From Rhina ancylostomus (Eukaryota): DNA of 60,747 nucleotides. Made by a program: the position numbers and the translations under genes. Shown one piece after another: positions 36,225 to 48,457 of the stretch. How positions within the stretch are numbered: the first letter of the stretch is position 1; every line of letters starts with the position of its first letter. The notes beneath the pieces are model-generated. The model had not been told where the DNA came from. It made no database searches and worked only from the letters and a program-made list of their open reading frames with translations. The DNA lies in NCBI GenBank assembly GCA_030265395.1, contig JARFYF010000094.1, forward strand, positions 91,110,974 through 91,171,720. The letters are read 5' to 3'.

Positions 36225-39080
36225 GTTATACGGTTCAACAGCATGGAAACAGGCTCTTTAGCCAAATTCATCCATACCAACTGTGCCCAGTGAGCTAGTC
36301 CCATCTGCCCGCATTTGGCCCCTAGCCCTCTAAACCCCTCCTATCCATGTACTTATCTAGATGGCTTTTAAATGTTGCTAACGTCCCCGCCTCAACCACT
36401 GTTTCTGGCAGCTCATTCAAAATGCGCACCACACTTTGTGTGAAGAAGCTGCCCCAATGTCCCTTTTAAAATCTCTCGCCTCTGATCTTAAACCTACGCC
36501 CTCTTGTTTTTAATCACCTCCTCCCTAGGAAAAAAACTGCTTAGACCCTGCCTATGCCCTTCATGAGCTTGTATACCTCTATCAGGTCACCCCTCAATCT
36601 CCTACATTCCAGGGAATAAAATCCCTGAGTTACAAGGAGAGGTTGTATAGACTACATTCTAGTCTATACAACCTCTCCTTGTAACTCAGAGCCCCAAGTC
36701 CAGGCAACATCCGGGTAAATCTTTTCTGTACTCTTTCTAGTTTAATAAGATTTTTCCTATAACAGGGTGATCAAAACTGTACACAGTACTCTAAGTGCAG
36801 CCTCATCAACATCATACATAACTGCAACGTAACTTCCCAATTCCTATACTCAATGCCCTGACTGATGAAGTCCAGCATGCCAGATGCCTTCATCATCCCA
36901 TCTACCCGTGACACCGCTTTCAGCGAACTATGTACTTGCACTCCTAGGTCCCTATCATTCACTGTACAGTTTGATTTCCCAAAATGCAATACCTCACATT
37001 TATCTGGATTGAAAGCCATTTGCCAATCCTCAGCCCACATACCCAGCTGATGAAGATCCCCCTGTAATTTTTCATAACCTTCTGCACTGTCTACAACACC
37101 AACTATTTTAGTATTATCCACAAATTTACTAACCATGCTTTGTACATACACATCTAAATAGTTCATATAAATTACAAACAACAAAGGTTCCCAGCACTAA
37201 CCCCTGTGGCACACCACTAGATACAGGCCTCCAGTCTGAGAAACAACCCTCGACCATCANNNNNNNNNNNNNNNNNNNNNNNNNNNNNNNNNNNNNNNNN
37301 NNNNNNNNNNNNNNNNNNNNNNNNNNNNNNNNNNNNNNNNNNNNNNNNNNNNNNNNNNNAAAGGTTCCCAGCACTAACCCCTGTGGCACACCACTAGATA
37401 CAGGCCTCCAGTCTGAGAAACAACCCTCGACCATCACCCTCTGCTTCCTACCACCAATTATGAATCCAATCTGCTATCTCCCCCTGGATCCCATGCAATC
37501 TCACCTTCCAGACTAGCCAGACTTCCAGAAAGACCTTGCTAAAGTCCATATACACAGCACCCGCTGCCCTACCCTCATGGTTACCGCCTCAAAGGACTCC
37601 AAGAGATTTGTCAGACGTGACTTCCCACACAGAAAGCATGTTTACCGTCCAGAATCAGACCCTGTCTCTCCAAATGTTGGTAGATCCTGCCCCTCAGAAT
37701 CCCCTCCAGCAATTTACCCACCACCAGTGTCAGACTCACTGGCCTGAGGTTTCCTGGCTTGTTTTTGTTACCCGTTTTAATGGTACCACATTAGCTGCTT
37801 TCCAGTTATTCAGAACCACACCCATGGCCAGAAATAAAGCAAAAATCTCTGCGAGGGCCTCCGTAATTTTTTCTCCAGCTTCCCACAAGGTCTGAGAGTG
37901 CACCAGGTCAGACCCTGGGGATTTATCCACTTTAAGCCCTCCAATACCTCCTCCCTGCTAATTTGTATGTTGTCCAAGACAATACTACTCATTTCCCCAG
38001 GTTCCATTGTTTTCTCCACAGTAAAAACTGAAGAGAAATATTCATTAAAAATCTTACCCATTTCCTTTGGTTTCACACACAGACAGCCATGCTGATCTTT
38101 AAGGAGAGCTATTCTCTCCCTAGTCACCTGTTTACTCTTAATATACCTATAGAATCTCGTGGGATTTTGCCACATCTTGCCAGCCAGATCTTTCTCGTAT
38201 CCTCTTTTTGCCCTCCTAACTTCTCTGAAGTGCACTCCTGCACCTTGTAGTCATCAAGAGATTCACTAGTTCGCAATTGCTTATTCACAGTTCATGCCTC
38301 CCTCTTTTTCTTAACCAGAGCCTTAATACCACTCGTCATTCAGGGTTCCCAAAGTCTGTCGGCCTTGTGCTTCACCCTAACAGGAACATGCAGACCCTGA
38401 ACTCTTGATATCACACTTCTGAAGGCCTCCCATTTGGCAGAAGCTCCTTTCCCTGCAAGCATTCTCTCTCAATCAACCACTGAAAGATCCAGCCTAATGG
38501 CTCCAAAGTTTACTCTGCCCCAGTTCAGGACCTTAATCTGTGAACCCATCATATCCTTCTCTATGACTGTTTTAAAACTATTATGTATGGTCACTGGACC
38601 CAAAGTGCTGGCTGACAGACACATCCACCATTTGCACTACCTCATTCCCCAGGAGGAGGTCCAGTGTCACACCTTCTCTACTAGGTCCCTCTATATAATG
38701 ATAAAGGAAGCTTTCTTGGACACAGTTCACAAATTCCACTCCAGGCAAGCATTTTACACTATGGTTGGTCCAGTCAATATTTGGGAAGTTAAGTTAAAAT
38801 CTCCCACTAATACGATCCAATTTATGTTTACAACTGGTTGCAATCTCTCTACATATCTGTTCCTCCAATTCCTGCTGACTGTTGGTGGGCCTAAAATACA
38901 ATCCCATCAGGGTAACCATCCCATTCTTGTTTCTGAGTTCTACCCCTATGGCCTCAATGGATGAAACCCCCAGAATATTCTCTCTAATGACTGTTGTGTC
39001 CTCTTTCATCAGGGTGGCAAATCCCCCTCCTCTCTTACCTGCACCTCTGTAGCATCTGTAATCTTCCATATTGAGCTGTC
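36225..39080 (-). mobile_element. Long CR1 LINE (endonuclease and RT, disrupted)
   Basis: ORFs 36771-37184 (SKFVDNTKI...WQMAFNPDKCEVLHFG), 37129-37437 (WRPVSSGVPQG), 37810-38235, 38794-39069 (GGG.A...GLYFRP). Confidence 0.93.
36625..36689. repeat. Perfect 30-bp inverted repeat with 5-nt loop
   Basis: ctgagttacaaggagaggttgtatagacta - cattc - tagtctatacaacctctccttgtaactcag. Confidence 0.97.
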
Positions 39081-39971
39081 AAATGAGAAAAGTAAAAATA
39101 TGATTAGGGTCAAGTTGATGCGCGATGGGCTGAAGGGCCTGTTTTTTTGCTGTATAACCTTGATTCATCACAAAATCTATAAACCTTGACCCCAAGAGAC
39201 TGCTTAACAAGAATAATACAACTGTTTCAGAATTTGTACATTTGTTAGAACTTCTGTCTGGGCTTTGCTGTTGCTAAGTACAACATGAGCTGATTCTATT
39301 GAGGACTGTTATGGCATAAGCTTTGCAATGTTATCTAAGATTTTAATAACACATACCTTGCTGCTGAAGCATCTGTGGAATAAAATAGGGGTGGGTTTGG
39401 TGAAGAGATGCAGAGAAATTGTACAGTGATTTTAAACAAAAACTCAATGGATTTAAAAAAGTGATAAAGAACAGAGGGAATGACAGCATAAATGTGAAAA
39501 CAATGCAGATAATTTGAATTAAAATCAAATCTGTTGATCTTGACTCCCTGCGGCAGTGCAGGATTACAACCACCTCTGATCATGCTGTTTGCAAATGGAC
39601 TTACCCTTTAGAAACACAAAATTGCAAGTCAACCCTGTGCTTCAAGGCAACTTCCAAGAGATCCTTTGTATCAGCACTTGCATCACTGGTCTCAGGATGA
39701 TGCACCTGAGCTAACTTTACAATAAGGCATGTTCAGAGGTGCTGGCATTCAGATTGGATGGCAAACACTGTCTGTTTCAGTGGTTTAGCGAGATAGTATA
39801 GGAGCCATTGTTCCAATCAAAGAAAAATGGTTTGCCATAGTATATTAGACAATAATCTAGCAAAACTAAATTTGTTGGTGGCACTTCAATACTGGTGTGT
39901 TGAATAGCTGGCTTTTCTTGAGCAACTGGGAAATGAATCACCTTCAAGATATCACATTGTATATGACTTTG

Positions 39972-40097
39972 GGATACCAAATAATCCCAGATCTTAACTT
40001 CTAGGATTTCTTTGGATCCAACAGTGATCCCAATGGATACTAAATAATCCCAAATCTTATCTTCTAGGGTTTCTTTGGATCCAACAGTGATCCCAAT
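39972..40097 (+). repeat. 63-bp tandem duplication spanning the MELTF intron 14/exon 15 boundary
   Basis: Copies 39972-40034 and 40035-40097 differ at 4 of 63 positions. Confidence 0.96.
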
Positions 40098-40257
40098 GGC
40101 TTTCAGATGTTTAATTCATCAGCATATGGCGGAAGCAATCTGCTCTTTAAAGATTCTACTGTTAAAATCATATCGACAGGAGAGAAAACTACTTATGAAA
40201 ATTGGCTTGGAGAAAGCTACCTGGAAGCAATTAAAAAAATTGAATGTTCGGGTGCAG
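40068..40257 (+). CDS. MELTF: Melanotransferrin exon 15-equivalent (GFFGSNSDPNGFQMFNSS...NLLFKDST...GEKTTYENWLG...ECSGA)
   Basis: ttctag|GGT...GCAG|gtcag, 190 nt; LLFKD and GEKTTY..WLG motifs; a duplicate acceptor lies 63 nt upstream (40004/40005). Confidence 0.92.
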
Positions 40258-41088
40258 GTCAGCTATACACTTACCAATTTGTGCAAAACAGAAATGACCC
40301 ACGTTTAATGTTGCATGTTATTGGTTTGTCAGTTTGTTCCTTATTCTTACAAAGGGATTCTGGATTAGTTGCATAAGTACAGGTCACGCTGGGGCACTTT
40401 TGGTGCAGATAGTGGTTTTATAGGGACCTATGCAAATGTCCAATACGTCAATTTTACTGCTGTGCAAGTTCAGTACAATGAGTATAGGCAGGATTCTTGA
40501 CAACAGAGCCATTAATTATTTTCTAAACTGAACAATATCCACACATCTGACTTTTGGCTGCTGGGAGTAGGAACTTTTTCATTGTCCCCTTCTATCCAAC
40601 CCTAGAATCACAAGGCAGAAGCCCTGTAGTTTTTTATGTCACTTTGAATGATTTTCCATAGATTAATGAAATCTAGATGTCCGATCCCGAAGTCTTCCTT
40701 ACTCATGATGGGAAGCACGATTTATCTACACTTAACCAAGTGCAATGCATTCACGTGGCATAAGATTAGTGGGCAACTTGTACTAATTTAACCTGCTTAA
40801 CTTTTACAATGACTGACAAAATTATAATAATGTTAAGGCATCTGTTAAAGTAGGACAGATGGCACTTTGTTTGAATGCTAACTAATGCTGTAGAAATTAA
40901 AGCTGAGATTTTCAGTTCTATAGCCACATCTGCTGCTACTTTTTCTACATTATACCCAGAATGCAAAATATGGGAAGGGATTTATTTTAACATTTTGTTA
41001 ATGAGATAAGGTGTTTCATTTAAAATGTTATTTTTTAACATCAATAAATGACTAATTGGAGATTTCCCTCAAATTGCTTGTATTTCAG

Positions 41089-41153
41089 CAAATCCATCGA
41101 CAGTGTCGTTGCTGCTTCTACTCATTTTAATGTTGTACAGTTTCTGTGTATAA
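41089..41153 (+). CDS. MELTF: Melanotransferrin terminal coding exon, GPI-anchor signal tail (ANPSTVSLLLLLILMLYSFCV*)
   Basis: tttcag|CA, phase matches exon 15; short spacer plus hydrophobic stretch then TAA (41151-41153); follows small residues C-S-G-A-A (likely omega region). Confidence 0.88.
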
Positions 41154-41321
41154 GCTGCATGCCTTGACCTGCCATTTCAAATCAGATACACAGATGAATT
41201 GTCCTTGTTGAACCGAACTACTCGAGGAGAGGAACTGGAAAATTAGAAAATATTTTGCATCAGACAGAATTAGTTCAGAACTTAAACTGCTACAGAGTTG
41301 CAAAAATATGGACTTTAGAGC

Positions 41322-41327
41322 AATAAA
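41322..41327 (+). promoter_or_regulatory. Candidate MELTF polyadenylation signal (AATAAA); a second candidate lies at 41930-41935
   Basis: Hexamer ~170 nt after the stop; AT-rich context makes chance matches common. Confidence 0.35.
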
Positions 41328-43849
41328 AGACAGTTAGTTTTCCTGAGCTCACTGTCACAAAAGCCACAAAGCAGCTGATTTAAGAGTAATTTATAGATTT
41401 AAACATGTTGTTATTTTTGTGCAAGCTATAGTAAAATGATTTGGGGTTGATTGTGAGTGTTGAGAGAGGTCATTGTATGTTGTAACTTATTAGTCACATT
41501 GTTCTATTTACTTATTGGCAGTGTTTCTGTAAAAGCAAATACCACACCAGTATGTACATTCATCATTACTGCTGTAGAAGTAATAATTTGAATCTGTTTA
41601 CATATAGTGGAACTTATGGATCAAAGTAATTTACACAAATACTTTAAAATGTAGTTTAGCTTTTCAATATTTAGTATAGAATCTGAAGTATTTCTGCTTA
41701 AGCTAATTATCATGTAATTTACTTTGTCTATGTTGCCTGTGTATGCAGTTGTTTGTTGCACAACAGTAGATCATTTCTTGTAAATTTTCCTCCTATACAA
41801 CAGTCATTGATACTTGGACGACAACTTTAACTCACTAATGTATAATTTAGATATAGACATTGCTGCTGTAAACCTATTTTTTTTCTNNNNNNNNNNNNNN
41901 NNNNAGTATTGCAGGGATGGTATTTAACCAATAAATTTTAAGAGGATGAAGATAGCTGTGCACTTGAGCCTAGGTAATGGTGAAAGTTATCATGGCTTTA
42001 GGAGTCTTAAAGTGTGGACAATGTGTAGGTAATGGGGAAAGGGTGCAGGATGAAGTGGAGAGTTAGCACAGACACAGTAGGATTAATGCATTCCTTTGAT
42101 GCCATAAAGTCCTATGAGAAACAACTGCAGCTGTTCTATTAAAAACGCTCATTTTCCAGATGGACTACAGGTTCATCTTTAACCCAAATAAATCCAAAGG
42201 AATGCCTGGGGTAGAAAATGATTAGCATGCCAAAGACTCCTCTCCAGCTGATGGGCCTGGACACATTCTGGGAACAGTAGAGAGGGAGGGAGTTTACTAG
42301 ATTTACAGCAGATTAGATAATCTATTTAGTGATGCAGAAATTAGATGCTGTATAACAACATATACAGACCCATGCTATGTGAATGCTGTGTCATCAGCTT
42401 CCATTTGATAAATGCCCAAAACAAAAATAACATTGATACGACCCCTTCTGTATCTGCAGTAACTTGAAGATATATTATTTGCTCTTCAGACTCTCAAAAG
42501 TGTACACACCATTTACCAACTATAAGATTGGTATAACACACACACCAAAGAATTACAGACTTTCTAAAGATAGTGGTGCATAATCAAACCCATCATCCTT
42601 TTTGTTAATATTTGATGGTAAATTGTTCAGTTGTTATATTTCAAGCTATTTTTACTTATTCTTCTCACATTCAGCAATCTTCCAATGATAACATCAAATC
42701 CTGCAGTTTAAGGAAAACACATAATACAATCATGTAGGCCACATGACTTCCCCTCTCTACACACCTCCTCTTGGGACTGAAAAGGTAAATTAAATCAATT
42801 ATTTTTGAATTAATTTAACATTTCTTAGCATTGCAATGTATTTTACACATTGTTGACTAATCTTAACACTTTTAATCATTCAAAGCAATTTTTTTTAGAA
42901 AAGTACTTTGCAAATGTCCCAGTTAACCACCTGTCCAAGGCTGTCACAGCATACTGGAACCAGGGCCTTTGCACTCAACCACCAGGAGTCTGCCTACTGC
43001 TCAGGCCTGAGCACCTCCCAGGTGCTGGAGATCTGCTTGACTGGACCTCTGCATTCAGTGGGCATACAGAGATTGCAGGAAATTAGCTAAAGCCAGCTCT
43101 ATTTGGCCTAATATTTAACTATTACCAACTCTCTGGCATAACCACATTTTTGAATCACTCTGATCAACCTTGATCATTTAATTTGCAAAAGGGCTATTGA
43201 AGGAGGTTCCATCTGCTCTGAATAGAGAAAGATTTAACTTTAAAGAAATAATACCTGTCAATACTTTGTTTAACCACAGTATACAAGAATAAAATTAAAT
43301 CATCACGAGGTAAGTTCCTCATTGGTTCAATGTGCAATTTCCTGGGAATTCTTGATCTATACATTAACTACATAGATAATACATGTTAAAATTCCACCAT
43401 GTAGCTGTAGACTTTAAATGTATTTAAATAAATTCTAGAATAAAAATCACCATTAATGACACCCATGAAACTACTGGATTGTCATAAAAACACAATTCCT
43501 CATGTCCCTAGGGAAGGAAATTGTAAGTCCTCAGCTATCTGTCTTGTATCGGACTGTAGATTGAGAGAAATGTGGTAAAGTCTGAATTACCCTTAAATGG
43601 CCAAGCTACCTACATTTCAAGGACAATTAAGGATGGGCAGTAAATACCAGTGTGAATGAATAAGTACAGCACTTATCTCAACTTGTCTAGTGCATATACG
43701 CCACACAAGCCTCATTCCATTTACCTCATTTTTGTGTTCTTATCTAGTTGATTTATAAAGTACCAGCCTATTTTTAAAAATTTACGATCTTAGTTAAAAA
43801 TCATCTGGAGCAGTTAAAGCCTTGTTAAAAATGTGCAGGGGGCCATCTG

Positions 43850-44720
43850 ATCAATTGTGCCTGTTCTATCAGATATGCATCACTGTTCTCTACTTGCCCA
43901 TCCAACCTCAGTCACAATTTTGTTTTCCTCTTTTTGTCTGCCCAGAGACAAGTCGAGGATACAAAGCCACTTTGGGAAATACATCTCTAATCCAATTAAA
44001 CAGCCCTCAAGAGGCTACAACAGAGAGCAAAGCCTTTAGTTCTTCCATCTAAATCCAGTTCACTAATTGAGGCATTATTAGAAGGATTGGCCCACTTCAG
44101 CCTTAAGCCACACTCTGGAGCAAATGATTCGTTCCATTCTTCACATACAAGTTTAACAAACTTGGAAAGTTGTTCAACATCAGAGGTATTACAGAAAAAG
44201 CCAAATGTCCCCTTTTCCAATATTCATTCATGGATTCTTGCAGCAAATAGTATTGAGTACCAATCAGGAATAGTAACTTTCATAGCTTTTCAATTCATAG
44301 CCTAGGACCTAGACATTACAAGCGTCAGCATTGAGCCCGAGTTTTCCCTGTGTTACCTTGCACCAACTTATGTAGTATTTTAATCCTGATAATGATGAAT
44401 CAAAGATCCGGGACTACAGCTATTCATTCCCCTCCCCCCATTTACATTCCACAATATCACATCCCAAGGACCAGAATGGAAAGCAAATTGATCTTCAAGA
44501 TCACTTGTGCAATACCACCATCCAAGTTGGCTTACCTTTTGATTTTCCTGTCTGTTAGGACATCTAACCCTGAAGGTCTCTGAAAGGCTACCAAGAAACC
44601 TCTGCAAGGAAATTCATAGACCTGAAGCTTTGACCAAAGATCTGGAATATTTTGCTTTACCTTAACATTACACCAGATTTCTTTCCTATTCTTTCTAATA
44701 CTGATCACTTTGAACCAGAG
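43850..44720 (-). mobile_element. Possible highly decayed L1/Tx1-like LINE between the two 3' ends
   Basis: Minus-strand VILWNVNG resembles an APE endonuclease start; IPDWYSILFAA resembles post-RT sequence; weak. Confidence 0.3.
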
Positions 44721-44766
44721 CAAGTAAAATAAAACACCTCACAAAACAATAAATTGTACATTAAAT

Positions 44767-44772
44767 TTTATT
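44767..44772 (-). promoter_or_regulatory. Candidate distal DLG1 polyadenylation signal
   Basis: Minus strand reads AATAAA atttaatgtacaatttat then a GT/T-rich tract (tgttttgtgaggtgttttatttt); TGTA motifs lie upstream. Confidence 0.6.
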
Positions 44773-45758
44773 AGCTGTTCCCCTCTTTTGACAATGGAAT
44801 GGATATAGATGAGTCTGTACAAACTGCAGCACCAGAAGGTCATGTGTACTGAACTGCTTGTAAGCACATTATTCCTATATAAAACAATTCATCTCCAAAT
44901 TACTAGCAAAGGTCAGGTACCAGGCAGTTAATCTAATAATGTAGTGTTAGAGCTTCATTTGAGAACATACCTTATAATTGCTAAAATAAATTCTCCCAAA
45001 ACAAAGCATGTAAAAGTCTGATTGAGAGCTACAGTGGAAGATATGACATCTTTGCAATTCCCACTTGGAAACATACAGAAAATGTAAAAATTTATTTAAA
45101 GTTGCCTTTAATGTTTTTAAAACATGCACATCACTTTGAAGAATCTCACACAGAATTTTCAGGGGTGGAGTGGGGGTAGAAGAGAACTGGCTCTTGATTT
45201 ATTTCTTGCATTTATTTTTAAAATACCATTTTATACCCCCACCACATTCCCTGTATAATCCACAATGGTTATAAAGATGGGAAAACTAATTCACACCTAC
45301 TTGGAAAGTAAAGAAAACATTCATGGATGAAATGGTTAGAAGCAAAAAAATATATATATTCCTGGTAAGTTATATAATGTATTTTGTTAAAAGTATGCTT
45401 AATATAGTTGATAATTTATATCAAAATACATAGTTACTGAGGGTTAATTATTATATATCTTAAAATCTCAAATCTTACAGCCCATTACAAATAGTCATGA
45501 TTAGGTTTCAGCTCTGTTCCTCAGTCAGTTCCACTTCCTTATTCATAATCACTGCATTACCCAGAACATCCTTATTCAAAAAGTCCTATTGAAAATCAAG
45601 TCAGTTATCAATTAAAATAGTCACTATATTCACTGGTTTCTCTTTGCTTCCCCTCCCACCCTCAATAATCAAATTCATAAAAGTAGATTCTCTGCAAAAT
45701 TGAAAGTAATATCCGCAGTATCATAGGAACACATTCTAATCGGCATTCAATATAAACA

Positions 45759-45764
45759 TTTATT
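45759..45764 (-). promoter_or_regulatory. Candidate proximal DLG1 polyadenylation signal
   Basis: Minus strand gataAATAAAtgtttatattg, ~660 nt after the stop. Confidence 0.4.
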
Positions 45765-46425
45765 TATCGTGCATTTCATCTGGCAAAAGGAAAAATAAAA
45801 CTAAAAGCATGGTCTATTAAAGAATCTCTGTAAAGTGATTAAAAATTCCTTTGCACACGGAAGTCTGATGTGGATTTATAATTTGTTCAATGTAAGTGGG
45901 ACTCACTTAACCAGCACAGAAAGGAAGAATTAAAAGACCTCTCAATAGCCTGGGCAGGTAATTGAGACAACAATAAAGCCGCCAGGATTTCCAATGCCAA
46001 ACCATGCTTCCAAAATTCACCGTGCAAACAGCTGCTTAGAATTATTATTTTCCAAATCCAATGCTACACATGAAGATTACTTTCCCTTTGTTTATTTTAA
46101 AAGAAAAATATATATAAAGCTTTTTCTGAAAATTGCTGAAGATTTGTTGCCCTTAAACATTAAGGAACTGTACCATAGAATCTCCCTTCATCAGCTAGTC
46201 TGGCCTTGCCCCTTCATGTAAATAAAATAATGGTGGTAATTTTAATCGAGTATCACGTACAAGCAATTTTCACAAAAAAAAGAGATGTGAATGCCCCCAG
46301 TTGAAAGACAAATCACTTTTCATGACACACAAAGAAAGAGAGATCTGTGATCACAGGAATGAATTAATCCTGTCGAAGGGGATCCAGAGCCATCACGCAC
46401 AATGGATAATGTTTATGACATGACT

Positions 46426-46532
46426 TCACAGTCTCTCCTTGGTTGGAACCCAGATGTAAGGCCCGGATTGCTCTTCAATAATCTGTATCACCTGGGTGTA
46501 AATCTCCTCCAGTAAATTTCCCTGCACAATAC
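46426..46532 (-). CDS. DLG1: DLG1 last coding exon ([35 protein letters not shown])
   Basis: tcag|GT...TGA, 107 nt; characteristic DLG-family C-terminus IEEQSGxYIWVP. Confidence 0.96.
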
Positions 46533-46704
46533 CTGACCAAAGCAAAATCAGGAGTTAAGTTAATATCCCACAAGTCTACATGTTCAATTTCTTTATTCGT
46601 TTAAACATGGTAACAAAAATAACTGTAAACACTGGAATTTTGAAATAGAAAATGAGGAAAACAGTGAGGTTAACAGGAATTCTGATAAAGAGCATAACAT
46701 CAAA

Positions 46705-46920
46705 CTATATAGAGTCAGAGAGATACAGCATGGAAACAGATCCTACAGCAACTGCATCAACCATCCATTTACACTAATCCTACATTGATTCCATTTTTTC
46801 TTCTCCCCTCATTCTCATCAACTCCTCCCAGTTTCTACCACTCACTTGCACACGGGGGAAATCTACAGTGGCCTCAGCATGTGGGAGGAAACCCTTGCAA
46901 ATGCCTTGCAGATAGTACCT
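46705..46920 (-). mobile_element. V-domain SINE fragment (same family at ~5520-5620)
   Basis: acagcatggaaacag...ccatttacactaatcctaca...atgtgggaggaaacc. Confidence 0.6.
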
Positions 46921-48365
46921 GAGATATTGTGCTGCCCTGTTGTTGATTTTATAAATACTGAACGACTGATTTGTATTTTCTATTTATATTTCATAACAGC
47001 AAAAGGAAGTCCTAAGTACAATACTTGAAACACTGTATTCTGTTCTGGGCACCACACTTTGCCATAACGGGTTAAATTAGGAGAAGAGATTATAGTAAGC
47101 AGGGTTGTATTCTTTGGAATCTTCTGAGGATGATTTGATCAACATTTTTAAGATATTAAGGGGAAACTGTATGAATCCAAGTTAAAGAAATATAATCTAA
47201 GAATTAGAGACAGGTTTTTTAAGAATTAAAGTAGGGAATAGTCCCACACACAGAAGAACCAGAAATTTGGAATATCATTACCAAAAACAATTGCTAATTT
47301 TTGATCTGAAATTGTAAGAAGGGAACAAAATTGAGCATCTCTGAAGATGTAAACAGACTAACTTGGGAGTCGGACTGTATTTATTGCTGGCTATTCAGCT
47401 CATCTCTGACTTCTGCAAGCTCTTAAACCAAACACAAGCCAGGAGTCAAATGTCTGTGCTTCCGACATTCTTTTCTACGACTGAACTCATTGCCAAGTCC
47501 AGCAGCAGAACAAAGATACGATGTAGAGGGGCTGAATGCACTTCAAATCCATCTCCCTAGCTTTACACGAGGAACATGACCCTATTCATTTGAATATTGT
47601 CACTGACCTTGAATAAAAAGCTAAGCGCAGGTAAGTGGGTTGCTTATTTTTACTTGGTTTTACCCTAACCTTAATTTCTAGGACTTTATGGGTGTTTTTC
47701 ACTAAATATATTTACTTCCCTATAACTTTTCATTATTTAAAATCTCAGATCAAAATGCCCTTTACTGCAGTGAGCTATCAAAAGGCTATTAGGATATTCT
47801 GGGGCAGGGCTACAGGATACTCCACTGAAGTGCTGCTCTGCAAGATGCCTCTCAGGTTCAGAGGGTCTGCTTAGCTGACAAATCAGATTAGTGTGGGCAG
47901 ACAGACATTGTATTTGAGGAGCGGACCAGCTCCTGATTTATCTGGCTAACAATCTCACTAAATCGCAAAACAGCTTTAAGGGACTACTTCATTTCTTATG
48001 GAGAAATATCTTATGCACTTTTGGAGACAGCAGTCTTCTTATCCCTAGTATCCAGGCACACATCCAATTCAAACTGAAACAATGAAAGGCACCTCTTTAC
48101 TGTCAAGTCCCATAAACATTTGCGCTGCAACATTAAACTGTATATGACTTACAGAGTAACATCTGGGTCTTAAAACAGGGAATACAAGTTATAATGAGCC
48201 AACAGAATATTTATAATATATGTGAGAAACTTCATACCAGATGTATTTAACATATAATGTTATATCAGAGGCTGATCTTGGCTGACTTTAATCAAGTTCT
48301 CTTGATAGCTCATCTAGAACAAATGAAACTCATTTTTATTTAACAGCAAGCAATAGGATACTAAC

Positions 48366-48457
48366 TTGTGAAGTGTTCAGTAAATTCCAGTTCAAGTTTC
48401 ATGGCTCTGTCAAAAGTTTTCTTTGCTTGATCTGCTGTTAGACGCTTATTCATTTCC
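48366..48457 (-). CDS. DLG1: DLG1 GK-domain exon ([30 protein letters not shown])
   Basis: ttcag|G...ACAA|gttagt, 92 nt; EFTEHFT is DLG1-type. Confidence 0.96.

Larger units (their letters stand above)
44745..46425 (-). other. DLG1: Probable DLG1 3' UTR
   Basis: Follows the TGA; ~1.7 kb with no recognisable retroelement, ending at a well-formed poly(A) site. Confidence 0.6.

Noticed and set aside
37183-37436. ~77-bp exact duplication (and the ORF with a repeated peptide) either side of a gap
   Set aside because: Identical sequence flanking a 100-N spacer indicates overlapping contig ends, an assembly artefact.
36771-39069. Multiple RT/endonuclease ORFs as a possibly active retroelement or domesticated gene
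   Set aside because: Fragmented by stops, frameshifts and deletions, and the catalytic FADD motif reads FVDN; a dead CR1 copy.
41094-41112. IRE-like C-N5-CAGTG hairpin in an iron-related gene
   Set aside because: Pairing only works with a 5-nt loop and includes a U-U mismatch; there is no lower stem and it lies in coding sequence. The cagtgt at ~41519 in the UTR also lacks the C bulge and stem.
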